A stretch of DNA of 64,000 nt from positions 21,204,001-21,268,000 of the forward strand of contig OZ024742.1 in the NCBI GenBank assembly GCA_964016885.1. The letters are read 5' to 3'. Position 1 is the first letter of the stretch. Each line of letters starts with the position of its first letter. The DNA comes from Eledone cirrhosa (Eukaryota). The translations under genes were made by a program, and so were the position numbers. Below the pieces are notes generated by a model. That model made no database searches, had not been told where the DNA came from, and worked only from the letters and a program-made list of their open reading frames with translations. Shown here in pieces: positions 43,618-57,469 of the stretch.

Positions 43618-44203
43618 CGCTGGATTGACAGTATCGGTAGAGTATCGGACGCCATGCTTTGTAGCAAAGAGTTACGACCCTTTGGGGCCTGAGTTCAAAT
43701 CCTGCCGAGGTTAACATTGCCTTTCGTCCTAACGGGGTTGATAAAATAAAGTACCAGTAATGCACTTCGTCGAAACTGGAGAAAAAGCTAGACGTGTCAT
43801 ACACACGTATGTTCCGTGCTGCTTTAAACGTGTCTTGGGGGGGACACACACACACACACCCAACAAATAAAGATCTCTATGGCAATAAACCACCTATCAG
43901 CAGGTCAATACGTGGACAGAGACTCAGATTTGCTGGCCACTATTGGCGCAGCAAGGAAGAAATAGCAGGTGATGTATTGTTATAGAGTCCATCACATGGA
44001 GCAAGAAACGCTGGTCGTCCCAAGAAGACATAAGTCAATCAACTTGAGGACGATACTGGATGCACTGCGGAAGAACTGGCAAACGCTACGAGAGACAGAG
44101 ATGGGTGGAGGAAACGTGTCGTAGAAAGCCGAGCAAGCTCGACCTGATGATGATGAATGCACTGGAATAATTACTGGCCTTGTGCTAAATGTACAAACAA
44201 TTA
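43615..44203 (+). mobile_element. SINE interrupted by an RTE-like LINE 3' fragment
   Basis: SINE head and core 43615-43766; tail resumes at 44156. Confidence 0.85.
43767..44155 (+). mobile_element. 5'-truncated RTE/RTE-X-like LINE with 8-bp TSD
   Basis: YTRMFRAALNVSW..RLRFAGHYWR..GRP..RDRDGWR; (TGA)n tail; TSD aatgcact at 43759 and 44156. Confidence 0.88.
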
Positions 44204-44698
44204 TTTTTTAAAATTATGGTTTTATGGAATAGATTACATGCGTTTACAAATTTTTTTTTTTTACTCGCAACATTTGGATACATATATATACTAACTGTAA
44301 TCAAAACCTATCTAGAAAAATCACTGAACGGTGCTCTTCATTGTTTTTGTATATTGATTTCATTTAATGCTATGTAAAATACAACTTCTGAGAGAAGAAT
44401 GAGAGAATCAATTGCAGATTGTTTTATATGACTAGTGGGTGTATTATCTACTCTACAAAAGGAAACATTTGACTACGTCTGGATTTTAACTCATAGATTA
44501 GAGGGTCAATAAATGATTTTGTAATATTTCTAATAACCTGACTGAACTTTATATATAAGAGTATATATTGTAGAAATATATCTGCACTGCATTCCTGGCA
44601 GAATCATTCTAGAATATTCTTATCAGCAACTGACAGGAAGAAAACATATGAGGAAAAGCAATGAAGGAACATTTCTTTCGAATAAACCATTACACACA

Positions 44699-44744
<46 letters not shown>

Positions 44745-44745
<1 letters not shown>

Positions 44746-44845
44746 AAACAAAATTGGGCCTTTTTTTCTGTGTCATGGAAGATAATTGTGTTCGCACTTA
44801 GAATGAACTGATGAATCGTGTTCTTAGTTCAATACCAGAAAATAC
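44745..44845. repeat. ~100-bp dispersed repeat adjoining (TG)n; second copy 46120-46217
   Basis: Direct sequence match. Confidence 0.8.
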
Positions 44846-44875
44846 ATATATATATATATATTTGTTTTACGAGGG

Positions 44876-44917
<42 letters not shown>

Positions 44918-44964
44918 AGAAGAAGTTTATGAAACGGAAATGCGGTAACATTGGAATACAAATT

Positions 44965-45006
<42 letters not shown>

Positions 45007-45077
45007 GTGAGGTTTTTTTTACAAAATGAAAAATAACTGGAGTCTTATTTAAAAAAATATATATATATTTATTTAGT

Positions 45078-45118
45078 TACTTTTACCGGTTTCGCAGTTC
45101 TTCTGCTTTTCAAAAGTA
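45078..45118 (-). ncRNA. Minimal hammerhead ribozyme family K (U3-A8 core)
   Basis: tactt-TTGAAAA-gcag(aagaa)ctgc-GAA-ACCGGT-A-aaagta. Confidence 0.78.
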
Positions 45119-45180
45119 GAGTTGAGATGGAGTGTCTGTGGTTTTTCTCACATCTCCGATGTGAGAAAAACCACAGACCC

Positions 45181-45222
<42 letters not shown>

Positions 45223-45601
45223 TAGAGAGAGACAGAGAGAGAGAATAGACCAGACAAACACAAAAAATGCAAAAACATATATTCATTTTAGTTTCACGAA
45301 GTAAATGAGTGTTTGCATGACTGTGGTGGGGTGATGTAGTGTGTGCAAGTATGAATATATGTTATAGGAACATTAGTAGAGGTGGCAGAAACTAAATATG
45401 GGTGGGGTCTGAATGGGAGGGAGAGTTCAGACCATATATATATATATAAATATATATATATATAAAGCCACTTCCAAATCGTCACAAAATTGCTAGGTCT
45501 TACAATCAGGGGTGATAGTCACAGTTGGATATTGAAACCTCAGGAAGCGCTTTCTTTCCGTGAATAAACATAAATCAATTATATATATAAATCAATTATG
45601 T

Positions 45602-45643
<42 letters not shown>

Positions 45644-46629
45644 AGGCTTTGCTAGCTTTCATATATATTTTCGAAGACGAGAAAAAGAAAAACAATATCG
45701 CTTGATACAAACTAAATCAGTGAACAATTTAGATATGAATGTTTCAAACCTATTGAACAGAATTAAATGCAGGCCTGAATAAATGTTTCCTTTAGAACGT
45801 ATTATAGAAAATACAGCTGGAATATGACAAAGATTTAAGATGTTCGAAATAAATAATTCTATCGATTAATAGCGAGAGAATTGTTGCAATTTCTTCAGAT
45901 GTAACTAAGTAAAAAGATCAGACAAACACAATATAAGTTCTCATTAAGATAAGCAAGATTTAAAACACACACAGACAATACAAACACCCTCGCTCTCTTT
46001 ATCACACACACAGGTAGACACACACACACAGACAGACACACATATATATATATATATGTGTATGTGTGTGTATGTGTGTATGTGTGTGTGTGTGTGTGTG
46101 GGTGCGTGCGCGAGTGGGCGAAACAAAATTGGGCCTTTTTTCTGTGTCGTGGAAGATAATTGTGTTCGCACTTAGAATGAACTGATGAATTGTGTTCTTA
46201 GTTCAATACCAGAAAATCTATAATCACATCCGTACTTATGTTGCCACCTATATCTTCTTTTCTTTCTATCCTAGTATATACAAAAAATAAAAAAATATTC
46301 ATATCCTTACTACATGGTGACGCTCTCTCAGCAAAATATATATTTGGTAAGCTTCATTAAAGAATGAATATCTTCTCGTTTGTTGCTTCGAGGCTTAGGC
46401 ATTAAACGCTTTCATTTAACACAGAGACTACTTACATATATAAATATATTTAGTTGTAAAATGTATTGTTAGATACATTGAGCTGATTCTCATATGTTGA
46501 CTATTATGATCAACAGATCTGAACCACCATCTTAAATACCTGTAGATGTAACTGTTGTAACGGACTAAGTGCTATAATCTCTTTGATATTTACACGAACT
46601 TTGTACTACGATATATATAATTCTCGCAA

Positions 46630-46735
46630 GCTCTGATGAATTGATTGGTTATAACTATGTATTGGTGATCGATTGACGCAGAAACTGGCGGGTAGCGATC
46701 TCTAGACCTACCAGTTCAGAGAAACAATTGTCAGA
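46630..46735 (+). ncRNA. Hammerhead ribozyme family G (long stem II)
   Basis: gct-CTGATGA-attgattggt...accagttcaga-GAA-ACAATTGT(palindrome)-C-aga. Confidence 0.75.
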
Positions 46736-46809
46736 AATGTGATTAAAGCCCTTATTTTATAACAAACAGTGTCACTCTTCTTTCTTGATTTATATATATA
46801 TATATATAG

Positions 46810-46879
<70 letters not shown>

Positions 46880-47270
46880 ATGTATGTATATATATACATA
46901 CTACTGTACGTCTGTATACATATAAGTATGTACGTATACATACATACTTACATTTAAGTACCAGCCGTACTAAGAGTGAGAAATGAAACTTGTACATCGT
47001 TCCTGTGTCAGTGTTTAACAAAAAGGTGACGATCGTTTCCAGAACACTGTACGGCGTAATTCGGGCTGTTTGTTGTTTACAAACAAACCGAGCATTATAA
47101 TAAATGTTCGGTAAAGCCATGCGTACATATATATATGTGTGCATGTATGCATAGATATACAAACTACTGTACGTCTGTATACATATATGTATGTACGTAT
47201 ACATGCATACTTACATGTAAGTACCAGCCGTACTAAGAGTGAGAAATGATATTTCCTTTCATTCTTTTCC

Positions 47271-47315
<45 letters not shown>

Positions 47316-47409
47316 TTAAAAGGAAAAGAAAATGCTGACAAATTTTTCGCAGTGAAAAATAGTTTAATTAGGAATAAGTATTAGTTAGTATTCAGTTTTT
47401 GTTTTAAGT

Positions 47410-47445
47410 TTTTACCGGTTGCGCATTTCTTATGCTTTTCAAAGA
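47410..47445 (-). ncRNA. Decayed family K hammerhead
   Basis: TTGAAAA-gcat(aagaa)atgc-GCA-ACCGGT-A; stem II covaries with the 45078 copy; A13 is mutated. Confidence 0.6.
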
Positions 47446-48311
47446 TAATTTATAGAAAAATAAAGATAGAGTGCTCGTAATTTTTGCTCTAATCTGACCA
47501 GTTTTGGAAATTCTTCCTGTTTTATGTGAAAAAAGTGGCTTGGGAGGTATTAAGATTTGATTGATTGTTGAATGTCACGCGAATAAGCACTATAAATTTC
47601 GCGCCAATTCGTGTGGCAAAAATTCTTGTAGCCTAAACAATTTTGATTGGTCGGTAGAAGTCACGTGAATGTTTAAATTTATTTTAGCGCGAGCTGGTTT
47701 CGCGCCAAATGTAGGTTTGTCGAAGAGTGTCCTTTTCCGCTTGATTGAGTTGCAGTCATGTTGAGAGGTCAACAGTTCAGGTGTCTATTAAAACAGATAT
47801 GTGTGTGTGTGAAGCAACGTGGTTCATATAAACTGAAGAAAATTCACAAAGAGAGGACATGACAATGAACTGAAAAAAAAAAGAAAACGAAAAACAACTT
47901 TTTAAGGGGAAACATTAAACATTATTTTTTTTTAGAATAAAAATTCAAGCGAAGGACACAGAGCTCGAGGGTCATCGGTTGTTGGGATGGACATAGGCAG
48001 TTTCGAGCCCTACTACATTAAGCTACATAGAATTTTGTGTGAGAGATTAAATATCTATAAAGAGGGAAAATAACGACAGCTGAACCAAGCGGTTTCGGCT
48101 TGTGTGTTGTGTAAGCTTTTCACGGTTTGAAAATGCTTGCTGAAAAACACAAGCAGAAACTACTTGGAGCTGCGGACGTTATTTTACATATCTCTATACC
48201 CAGTCAAACTCCCCATGCATTGAGTACGCCCATGAATTTTTGGTCTCACCGCACTCAGCACTTTCTCTCTCACTATATATATATATAATAGAGAGATAGA
48301 TAGATAGATAG

Positions 48312-48364
<53 letters not shown>

Positions 48365-49105
48365 GAGAGAGAGAATTATGAAAGTAATGAAGATTGGTGG
48401 CATATATATATAAATATATATATATATATAATAGAAAAAACAAGGAAGTTTCGTTTATATATGATAAATATTTTTCATGTGTAAACGAAAATTCCTCGTT
48501 TTTTCTCTTATGTAGACTCAGCCTGTGCATAGAGTGTTTGATTTGGTACCAACACCAGTATTTCACCATACTACGTAAACTATATATATATATACAGATA
48601 AATCTACCACTCAATGGTAGGGTCTAAACCGTATAAAGAACTCAATGTAATCCGTATGTAGGAGATGTCGTGAAGCAAAGTTTAAATATATTAAATTTTT
48701 TATCAACGATATAATTCAATTGGATACAGAGTCAAAATAAAAATATTAAAACAATGAAATTAAACACAAAACTGTTAATTCGTGTGTTTTACTATGAATT
48801 AACACTTTTGAGTTTAATTTCATTGATTTAATATTTTTTAATATATATATATATAGTTTTGCGAGGTTTTTTATATGAAATCGTGTGTCGAAACAAATAT
48901 TGTTATACTTGGGGAGGGTCATATTTGTGTAATATTGCCAGAATTAATAACAGAATACACTCACTGTTTGGTTGGTTTTCGCTTTTCGCTTCTGTGTCTT
49001 TTATATCGGTAATTTAATTTATTCGGTCCTCAATGTTGCCGTTGACTGACCGACGGTCAAAAATAATACAGATACAATATAGACACAAACACATATATAT
49101 AGTTT

Positions 49106-49147
49106 ATCAAAGTTCTTTCGTTGCACATCTGCAACATCGTCAGTGGT
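49106..49147 (-). ncRNA. Hammerhead ribozyme family B (3' pLTR)
   Basis: acca-CTGACGA-t-gttgca(gatg)tgcaac-GAA-ag(aa)ct-T-tgat. Confidence 0.75.
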
Positions 49148-49389
49148 GCTATTGTTTCCTCCCGTTACATTGTATGTCTACGCCATTTTTATTTAGTCTG
49201 TCTATATATTTATTTATTTATTTGTTTGTTTGTTTATTTTATTTTGTCTTGTTTGCGCATGCGTTTGCGTGTGTGTATAGTGTTTTGTTTGATGTGTGTT
49301 CGCGATTGGGTGACTAGTGTGTGTTTATATGTGTTTGTTGTTATTGTGCTTGTGTATGTATTTATTTATTTATCTATTTATTTATTTAT

Positions 49390-52300
49390 TTATACTTCTC
49401 TTAGGTCAGTGTTGTTTGTTTGGGTGTTGTTGTTATTCCATTCATTCTTTCTGTTTAGCTTTGGCCTTCTAAGTTCTATTTCACTGGCCCCTCTGATTTG
49501 CCTATCTGCTGGGTCATTTCTATGTGTAGATATTATTCTAATTTCTATGTTCTCTATGTTACCGTCGTGTTGTTGTCTGGCATATTCGTATAGTACTGAC
49601 CCGTTTTTTCGTCCTTTTAGTTCCCCCCAGTGTTGGTCTATCCTTTCACCTATGCTACGAGCTGTCTCGCCTATGTATGTTGTTGTCATGTTTCTGCAAG
49701 TACCCTCTGTACATCTTATGCTATAGACTACGTTTCTAGTTCTACAGTTTATCCGGGGGTTTACCTTACATATGATACATTTCCTATTAATACAGTGGGT
49801 TTTCTTAAAAGGGTAGGTTTTGCTGATCAGGGATGTTATGGTGGTTCCTGGCTTTTCTACCACCTTAATCTTTAAATGAGTCTTTCTCAGGGCCTTTCTA
49901 CACTGGTTAGCTAATTTCCCTCCAGGGGTAGCGTCCACAAATATGACACTCTGGTATCTCTGGTTGTCGTACCATGAGGTGGCTTTCCTTATCTTATGTC
50001 TAGCCCTATCTAAGCTATTCCATGATTTGCTCCTGTAGAATGGGCAAATTCCTTTCATGTCCAGTTCTATGAGGGTCTTATACTTCTCCATGGCTCCTTC
50101 GTATACTCTGACTCTGTCTCTTTGGTTGTAGCCAGAGAACTGCATGCAGTTGATGAAGTGTTGGATGTGTCTTTCCATTTCTGTTGGCTCGCACATGCTG
50201 GACACATTCTTCATCACTCGTACCAAATCTGCGATCAGAATATTAAACTTAGCACTACTGGACATTGCTGAGATTTTGAGTATCAGGTATTTGGAGGACA
50301 TGGGTTTAGCATAGTGTGAGTGGAGAATTTGGGCCCTCTCGTCTATAGTGTTAATCCAGAGTTCCGTGTCTAATACAGGTAGTCTATTGTTAGGGTGTTT
50401 GGAAGGGAAGTCGATAGTTACACTTATACTCTGGTGTATGGAATTAGCTATCTGCTGGATGCTTTCCATTGTGCTACGTTCTAAATCAAACTTGTTAGTG
50501 CTCTCTAGTGGGGATGTTCTTATAACTATATTGATATCGTCTACGTAACGAGAGTACATGATGAGGTCTATGGAGCTCTCATTAAGGAGATCTTTAAGTC
50601 TCCTTTCCCACCATACCATGAAAAGGCTGGCAACATCACCAGCTATGCTGACGCCAATGGCTGCTCCCTCATTTTGGGTGTAGATCTTGTCGTTGAACTT
50701 GAATATGTGGCCCTTTAGGGTAGTTTTGATACTATCCCCTATTGCATGTGCGACCATTTTTCTTACCTGATCATTGTTTTGGGGGTCCTTATAGCTTTGG
50801 TCGACCCAATCCACCTTCCCATGGGAGTCCTTTTTGCCATTGAGGTTATGTGGGGGGGGGGGTCTACCTCTTATGGGCCTACTAGGGCAGAAACGTCTAA
50901 GGTCATGGCTGTCTAGGTAGTCAGTGTCGTAGGTAAGTCTAAGTAGGAGGCCCAGTTCGTCTGTGTCGACGCTGCAGAACTCCACCTCACTCTCAATGAT
51001 CATCTCCACACATTTTTCCACAGCAAAATCAATGTTAATGGATGGGTACAGTGATACCATATCCATGCTGTCTATTATGCAGTTGGATAGGTTCCTGTTT
51101 TTGTTGCACTCACTGATTCTGCTGAGGAGGTCCTCTGTACTGTCACATACATCTGGGGACATCTTGATTATGGGGCGTATAACCATTGAGAGGAAGTAGG
51201 AGATCCTGTAGTTGCTCGCTATATTAGCTCCGCATACGTGTCTTGTTGGTGGTCCTGCTGTCGGGTCGTCGACTGTCTTGTCGTCTTTGCGGAGCCCATA
51301 CAAGGGTGGTATGCCATTGTTAGACGCATGGAAGTTGTTGGCAGTGCGTCTGCTTGGCTTTAGGATGTCAGTCCACATCATCATGTGAGCGTTGAGGATT
51401 TTCTCTCTCCCATCATGTGTTTGCTGTGCAATTTCGCGCGTGTTGGTGATGTGGGGTTGCATAGCCTTGATGTAGTTCGGCATGTTATCTATTGACATCC
51501 TACCAGACTTATCCGTGGGTAGTCATACTACCTCACTATCCCTTGTGCGCTGCTTGAGGCTAACCAAGCCTTCTACAGGTTTCCTCCCAAGTTGTTGGGC
51601 CTCAGGTCTGCTCTGTCTCTTAGTATACCGGTCTACTATTTGTCTAATCTTATTTTTAGCTATGGTGAACTGTGCCTCTGTCTCGTCATCGATTTGTTGT
51701 GGTATGCAAACTCTTTTATTAAAGGGTAACCCCGTAGGATAGATATTACCCATCTTATATGTTTTGTCAGCTGGGTTGAAAAATAGTTTCTCTAAGGGGT
51801 TGTCATTATATCTATCGTCATAGTTGTGTGTGTTGCTATTATTGTTATCATGGTGGTTGTTGTTGTTCCTATCATTAGCATTATTATTATTGTTGTGATT
51901 GCTAGATGTATTGTTGTTTACTTCACCGTTATTGTTGTTGTTACTGTTATTTCTACCATTGCGGTTGTTACTTTTATTATGTTTCTTGTTTTTGTTGTGT
52001 CTATCATTAATGTTGCTACATGTATTATTTCCATTATTACCACTGTGTTTGTTGTTGTTATTCGTATTGTTACCGTTATTACTACTGTGGTCGCTGCTGC
52101 TGTGTCTGTGGTTAATGTTTCTATTATTATTATTATTGTGGTTGTTGTTGTTCTGTCTATCGTTAGTATTATTACCATTATTACTATTTCTCACTCTCCT
52201 GCTATTGTTATTGTTATGGCTGTTATTTCTATACTCAGAGTTATTGTTTATATTACTACTACCGTTATTATTGTTGTTGTTGTTGTTGTTTACTTTTGCA

Positions 52301-53027
52301 TTCCAACGTATTTTTGTGAAACACTTTTCCAGCTCCGTTTTGCACTTAATAGGGTTAATCTTTTTGTAGATGGCAAATTTTGGTGGTAGCTGCAGGATTT
52401 GTTGTTCTTGTTCACTGATTAAAGTGTTCCCATAAATATTTACTGTGTGGTCATTGGTAAATTCTTCCGGTAGTTTTACATCAGTCATACGGATATTGTT
52501 GATGTTATCTGGGTATTTTTGAGAATATTCTATTTTCCTTTCTTGTAGTTTTTTCCTATTCATCCATTCTAATTTCTTATTGAAATGCCTATTGCATTCG
52601 TTTCGGGCGTATTTCGTTTCACGTCGGATGACGCTCATGAAGTCACCCCTTTCGTTTGGTGTGGTGAGATTTTGGACTTCTTTACCGTTTATGCGTTTCT
52701 GTCTGTAAAGTTCGTTGACTTTTGTGTATGTTGTTCTTTTCATATTAACTGTTATTTTGTGTTTTAGTCGTTCAGCTTGTGTTGTGTTCAATAATAAATT
52801 ATTTACTTGTTTTGATATGTTGTGTATATTTTGGAGGAAACACAGTGTTTTAAGAAGCGGATTTGTTCTGTTGTTATTGTAGTTTTTATATAACAGAAAA
52901 CAGTGTCTTTCAATAACCTTTCAGCTTTGCACAAGCTAATGCCATAACGGCGATGAATTAGTTTTGCGAGGTTTTTTATATGAAATCGTGTGTCGAAACA
53001 AATATTGTTATACTTGGGGAGGGTCAT
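49390..53027 (-). pseudogene. PLE polyprotein (N-terminal region, Asn-rich tract, RT, GIY-YIG) split into segments 52803-53027, 51523-52791 and 49390-51498
   Basis: LYGLRKDDK, SMDMVSLYPSI, QNEGAAIG, RYVDD, LPVLD, HYAKP; CIIC..NCRTRNVVY..YIGETARSIGERIDQH. Confidence 0.92.
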
Positions 53028-53203
53028 ATTTGTGTAATATTGCCAGAATTAATAACAGAACACATTCACTGTTTGGTTGGTTTTCGCTTCTGTGTCTTTT
53101 ATATCGGTAATTTAATTTATTCGGTCCTCAATGTTGCCATTGACTGACCGACGGTCAAAAATAATACAGATACAATATAGACACAAACACATATATATAG
53201 TTT

Positions 53204-53245
53204 ATCAAAGTTCTTTCGTTGCACATCTGCAACATCGTCAGTGGT
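53204..53245 (-). ncRNA. Hammerhead ribozyme family B (5' pLTR)
   Basis: Same as 49106-49147; about 180 nt upstream of the ATG. Confidence 0.75.
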
Positions 53246-53504
53246 GCTATTGTTTCCTCCCGTTACATTGTATGTCTACGCCATTTTTATTTAGTCTGTC
53301 TATATATTTATTTATTTATTTGTTTGTTTATTTTATTTTGTCTTGTTTGCGCATGCGTTTGCGTGTGTATATTGTTTTGTTTGATGTGTTCTGTTATTAA
53401 TTCTGGCAATATTACACAAATATGACCCTCCCCAAGTATAACAATATATATATATATATAAATAACAGGATGTTGGACTGGTGTAAATCCTTGAAAGGTT
53501 TATT

Positions 53505-53562
53505 ATACTATGATCATTTCAATGACCGGGTTCCATATGAATCCGGTGATTTCATCAGGTAT
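53505..53562 (-). ncRNA. Type I hammerhead ribozyme, family L
   Basis: atac-CTGATGA-aatcaccggattc(atatg)gaacccggtcatt-GAA-ATGATCAT(palindrome)-A-gtat, then AATAAA. Confidence 0.9.
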
Positions 53563-56500
53563 TCGAAATATAACAAACGAATATGTAAAAACCATGGGTC
53601 CGAAAAATCAAACCTAAAGAAATATATATATATATATATATTTCTTTAGGTTTATATATATATATATATATTTATATATGCTGTTCATTTCATTTCTGAT
53701 TCTACCAGTCCAGCACAATCAATTCTATCACCATTACTATCTGTTGATGATCTAAACAATCTAGCAATCATTTGGTATTTTATCTGACCAAAGAATCTGA
53801 TATTTTGTTTGATATTCTCCAGTTGCGTCAAACTAAACTAAAATAAAAACTGAAGAAAGCTACACAAATCAAAACCATAAGTCCTATACTGACCCAATAT
53901 CTGTACACATGCATATAGGTTTGTATTCATAGACAGGAAAGGTAAATCAGATGATGTGTCAGCTGGATATAATTTCTTTGTTACCAATGTAATCTTTCAG
54001 CACCCGTATCGATTATTACAAGACATATCACTTCTAGTTTGGTGAAGATATTTTTTATTTTATCAAACGAATTCGTTTTCGTGTATTTCTTTTCAGATTT
54101 GCTGATCATTTGTGAAGAATTGTGTATTTTCTTTGTCAATATATGCATCTGTGATATAAATATAATATCATTTGATTTTAGATTTCAATTATCGATCTGC
54201 TGGAATAAATCTTTAACTTCATTAGCCTCATTCTGTAATTATTAATTGTTTTAGCATCTCTGTTAACGACAAGGTTAACATGTCTCCTCTCCAACTTACT
54301 AAGTAGTGCAATTAGGTTTTATATATGTATGGTAATACGGATACTTCATATGACGTCACGTAACATAATTTTTCAGAAGTGATATAATTTAAACTACTTA
54401 GACAATATGTTTGAAATCTAAACCTTTTGGATGTTTATTTAAACTAAATTTTGCCGTCTATTTTGCATTGTCTTATCCTTCTTAAAGCATATTTCCTTCA
54501 CTATAAATTACCCGCTCCCACCTCTAACAATCTCTCAATATATGTAGATATTGTCCTAATATTTTGGGACATTAAAAATCGCTTCCTCGGAATATGGGGA
54601 AATCTCAGAGCAAAACACTCCGGTCCTATCCTTTTGAAATTTGATTTAAATAAAAAAAATAAAATAGAAGCAGGGAGATGACATCAATTGTGTTTAGGCT
54701 GCGTATGTGTGCATGTTGCTGAGTCCTTTATGTCAAGTAATATGCTAAGTTAGATCCCGTTTTTAATTTGTAGTTTGACCCTACATATAAGAAGTGCCTC
54801 ATGTTCTTACAGCATTTAACTATCTCTCTCACTTCAATATTGACTATGTTTTTGTATGTGTGTATTTTAATTGTTTGTGTATGAGGGGCCCCCACCAAAC
54901 CTGAAGTGCCCCCGTCCCCGTATAAATCCACCCCTGCCCCTACACCAGTCATGTAATCAGCACGTGTCACATGAAGCTGTCCTGCAGTCACGATGTCGCT
55001 CAGCACATAACAACAATACACGATCTATCTCTTACAAGACACAGACGACAACATATTTGACACCATGTGTCCCAATAGGCTTTACTGTGACTGCGCTGTT
55101 AACTCGTGGTCATCAATAACTAAATACCTTCAACGATAATAAATGTACCATTATTTTGGACAGTTAAGATTCCAAAAAATTGAAATATAACTATTTTTTA
55201 AATTCTGTTCACAGGGGCCACAGGACGGCCAGCGCGCGGGCCCCCTTTTGGTCTGAACAGTGAGAGATGGGGAGAACTGGAGAGACGAAGGCAGTAACAA
55301 TGGGAATTTGATTCTATCATGTTCACCCGTGTTAGGAATGTTATGTCTCAGTGTGCACAACCCCTTTGCAAGTAGAGTGAAACACCTTAAAAAGAGGTTA
55401 ATTTAGGTTTAACCTGCCATATAAGGAGAAACAGCACTTGGCGATATTTAACAAAAGAGCAAATGAATAAACACTACGCGCTATCAACGAAATTTGAGGT
55501 AAATAGTTGCAGCAGTTTTAATGCCCCTACAATTTGGCGAATTACCCCTTCTCTATATACTCTAGCGACGTACGTAAAGCGTTATCTTAGTAATACTAGA
55601 CATATAAACAAAGACAGAGTAAACAGACCAATAATATCGTGAATTTAAAAAACGGAATATATGATCGTTGATATATGAAAAACTATCAGTAATGTGGCGA
55701 TGCTTATCACATGTAAACCAAAACAACACTACACTCCTCGCCAACAAAGCGTGAAAAATAAAATAGAAACTCTTCCATAAAAATCGATCACCTTTAAACA
55801 AGACTTACGAAGCAGAGATTTAACATCGATCCAAACAGTGTTTGATTGTCGCATTCTATTCCTTTGACAAGATCTACTAACCACAAGATGTAACCACAGA
55901 TGTAGCAGCCAACCCATAGAGAGATGAAATAATGAGATGGGGGAAGTAAATTCTTAAGAATTATTCCCTAATAGATGACGAAATATTTACACCTAGATAT
56001 ATTGCACAGCACTACGGCAACACATCAGCGGTGGAAATGGTCTATACTTTTCAGTGAAATATCATGCATGACTATGTTGTCAGAAATGTTGAAATTAAGA
56101 GTAATACAGACAACTAAATTGTCGTGTATGGAATTCATATTGAGTGTTATCTAACAAGTGTTGTGTAATTGTTTCATTATTTAACGACATACAATCATAT
56201 CACAATCCTATATATTATGTTTCTGCTAAACGGGGGTACACAGTTCTCTCCAACAGGTTCGAAGTACAGTCTGACAGTCTGAGGAGTACACAATTCTAAC
56301 CAACAAGTTCGAAGTACAGTCTGACAGTTTGAGGAGTAAGCAATTTTTTTCTGTCGCCACAGAATTATGTTCAGTATTATTATTATCATTATATGCTCGC
56401 TTCAGATCAACAGTTCTATAGTTAATTGTGCTTCATAGTACCGAAATAGAAATGTGTATATTACTGTTCCTTGTTTCAATTACCTAAACAAGAGACGACA

Positions 56501-56869
56501 TAAATTAATCTATTTGGACCAACAACCGATATATGTGAACGATATTCGTTTGTAACACAGGAACAGGAAATAATGAAACACAAGATACACAACAGAAATA
56601 GAAATGCAAGTAAAAAAAAAAATTAGATATGACAACAGATGTAGACTCGGCAGAATAAACAGCGAGGATATCACCCATATTATAAGCAGTTATTATCTAT
56701 GAGGCATACTATAGAGGCCAAAGCAGTATACAATACAATCCGTTCAACGGATAGTCAGGAGAATAAAAATATATAACGTTGCAGCGATGTGGAAGGCATA
56801 CAAACACTTAATCTAAAACAATACTGTCTGACTATTCCATTCAAAACCGCAATAATATGTAAACATCGG

Positions 56870-57025
56870 ACAACATGCTATGTAGCACATAGTTACGGTC
56901 TTTTATGATCCGAGTTCAAATCCCGCCGGGGTTAACTTTGCCTTTCATCCTTACGGGGTCGATAAAATAATGTACCAGTAATGCACTGGTATAATTGTTG
57001 GCCTTGTGCCAAAAGTAAAAACAAT
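56870..57025 (+). mobile_element. tRNA-derived SINE
   Basis: gagttcaaatcccgccggggttaactttgcctttcatccttacggggtcgataaa. Confidence 0.85.
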
Positions 57026-57416
57026 AATATGCAAACATAAGAGTCAAGACATAAGGATATGTGACGGACACAGGAGTGTGTGCATTGCAGCAGAAATTAG
57101 ATTCACAATAGATATAAATTTAGTTTTTAATTTTACAAAAAAAATTTAATATTTATGGCGAACGAATGAGGTACATGATTATATCTTTAGATTTATATGT
57201 GATCTTTGTGGTACTTTTATAGGTTGCTATGTTAGTATATGTCACTATAATGTTTGAGATTCTGGACGTCACGAAATCACAAAGAGTACGGCTAATTAGG
57301 AAATTGAAAATAGATTTCATTAATGGAACAAGGAAATAATGTAAAGCATTCCAAATGACGAGAGAAAATGGATGTACATGTCATTCAGTGACATCATTGC
57401 ATGCTCAGACAACGCC

Positions 57417-57469
<53 letters not shown>

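Larger units (their letters stand above)
48854..53447 (-). mobile_element. Full-length, frameshifted Penelope-like element (family B) with direct pLTRs and a short inverted 5' arm
   Basis: pLTR 48854-49295 approximately equals 52959-53388; 53385-53447 is the reverse complement of 53003-53064; RT and GIY-YIG present; (TA)n flanks. Confidence 0.95.

Noticed and set aside
44805-44845. CTGATGA in the 100-bp repeat
   Set aside because: No convincing stem II, GAAA and stem III arrangement follows
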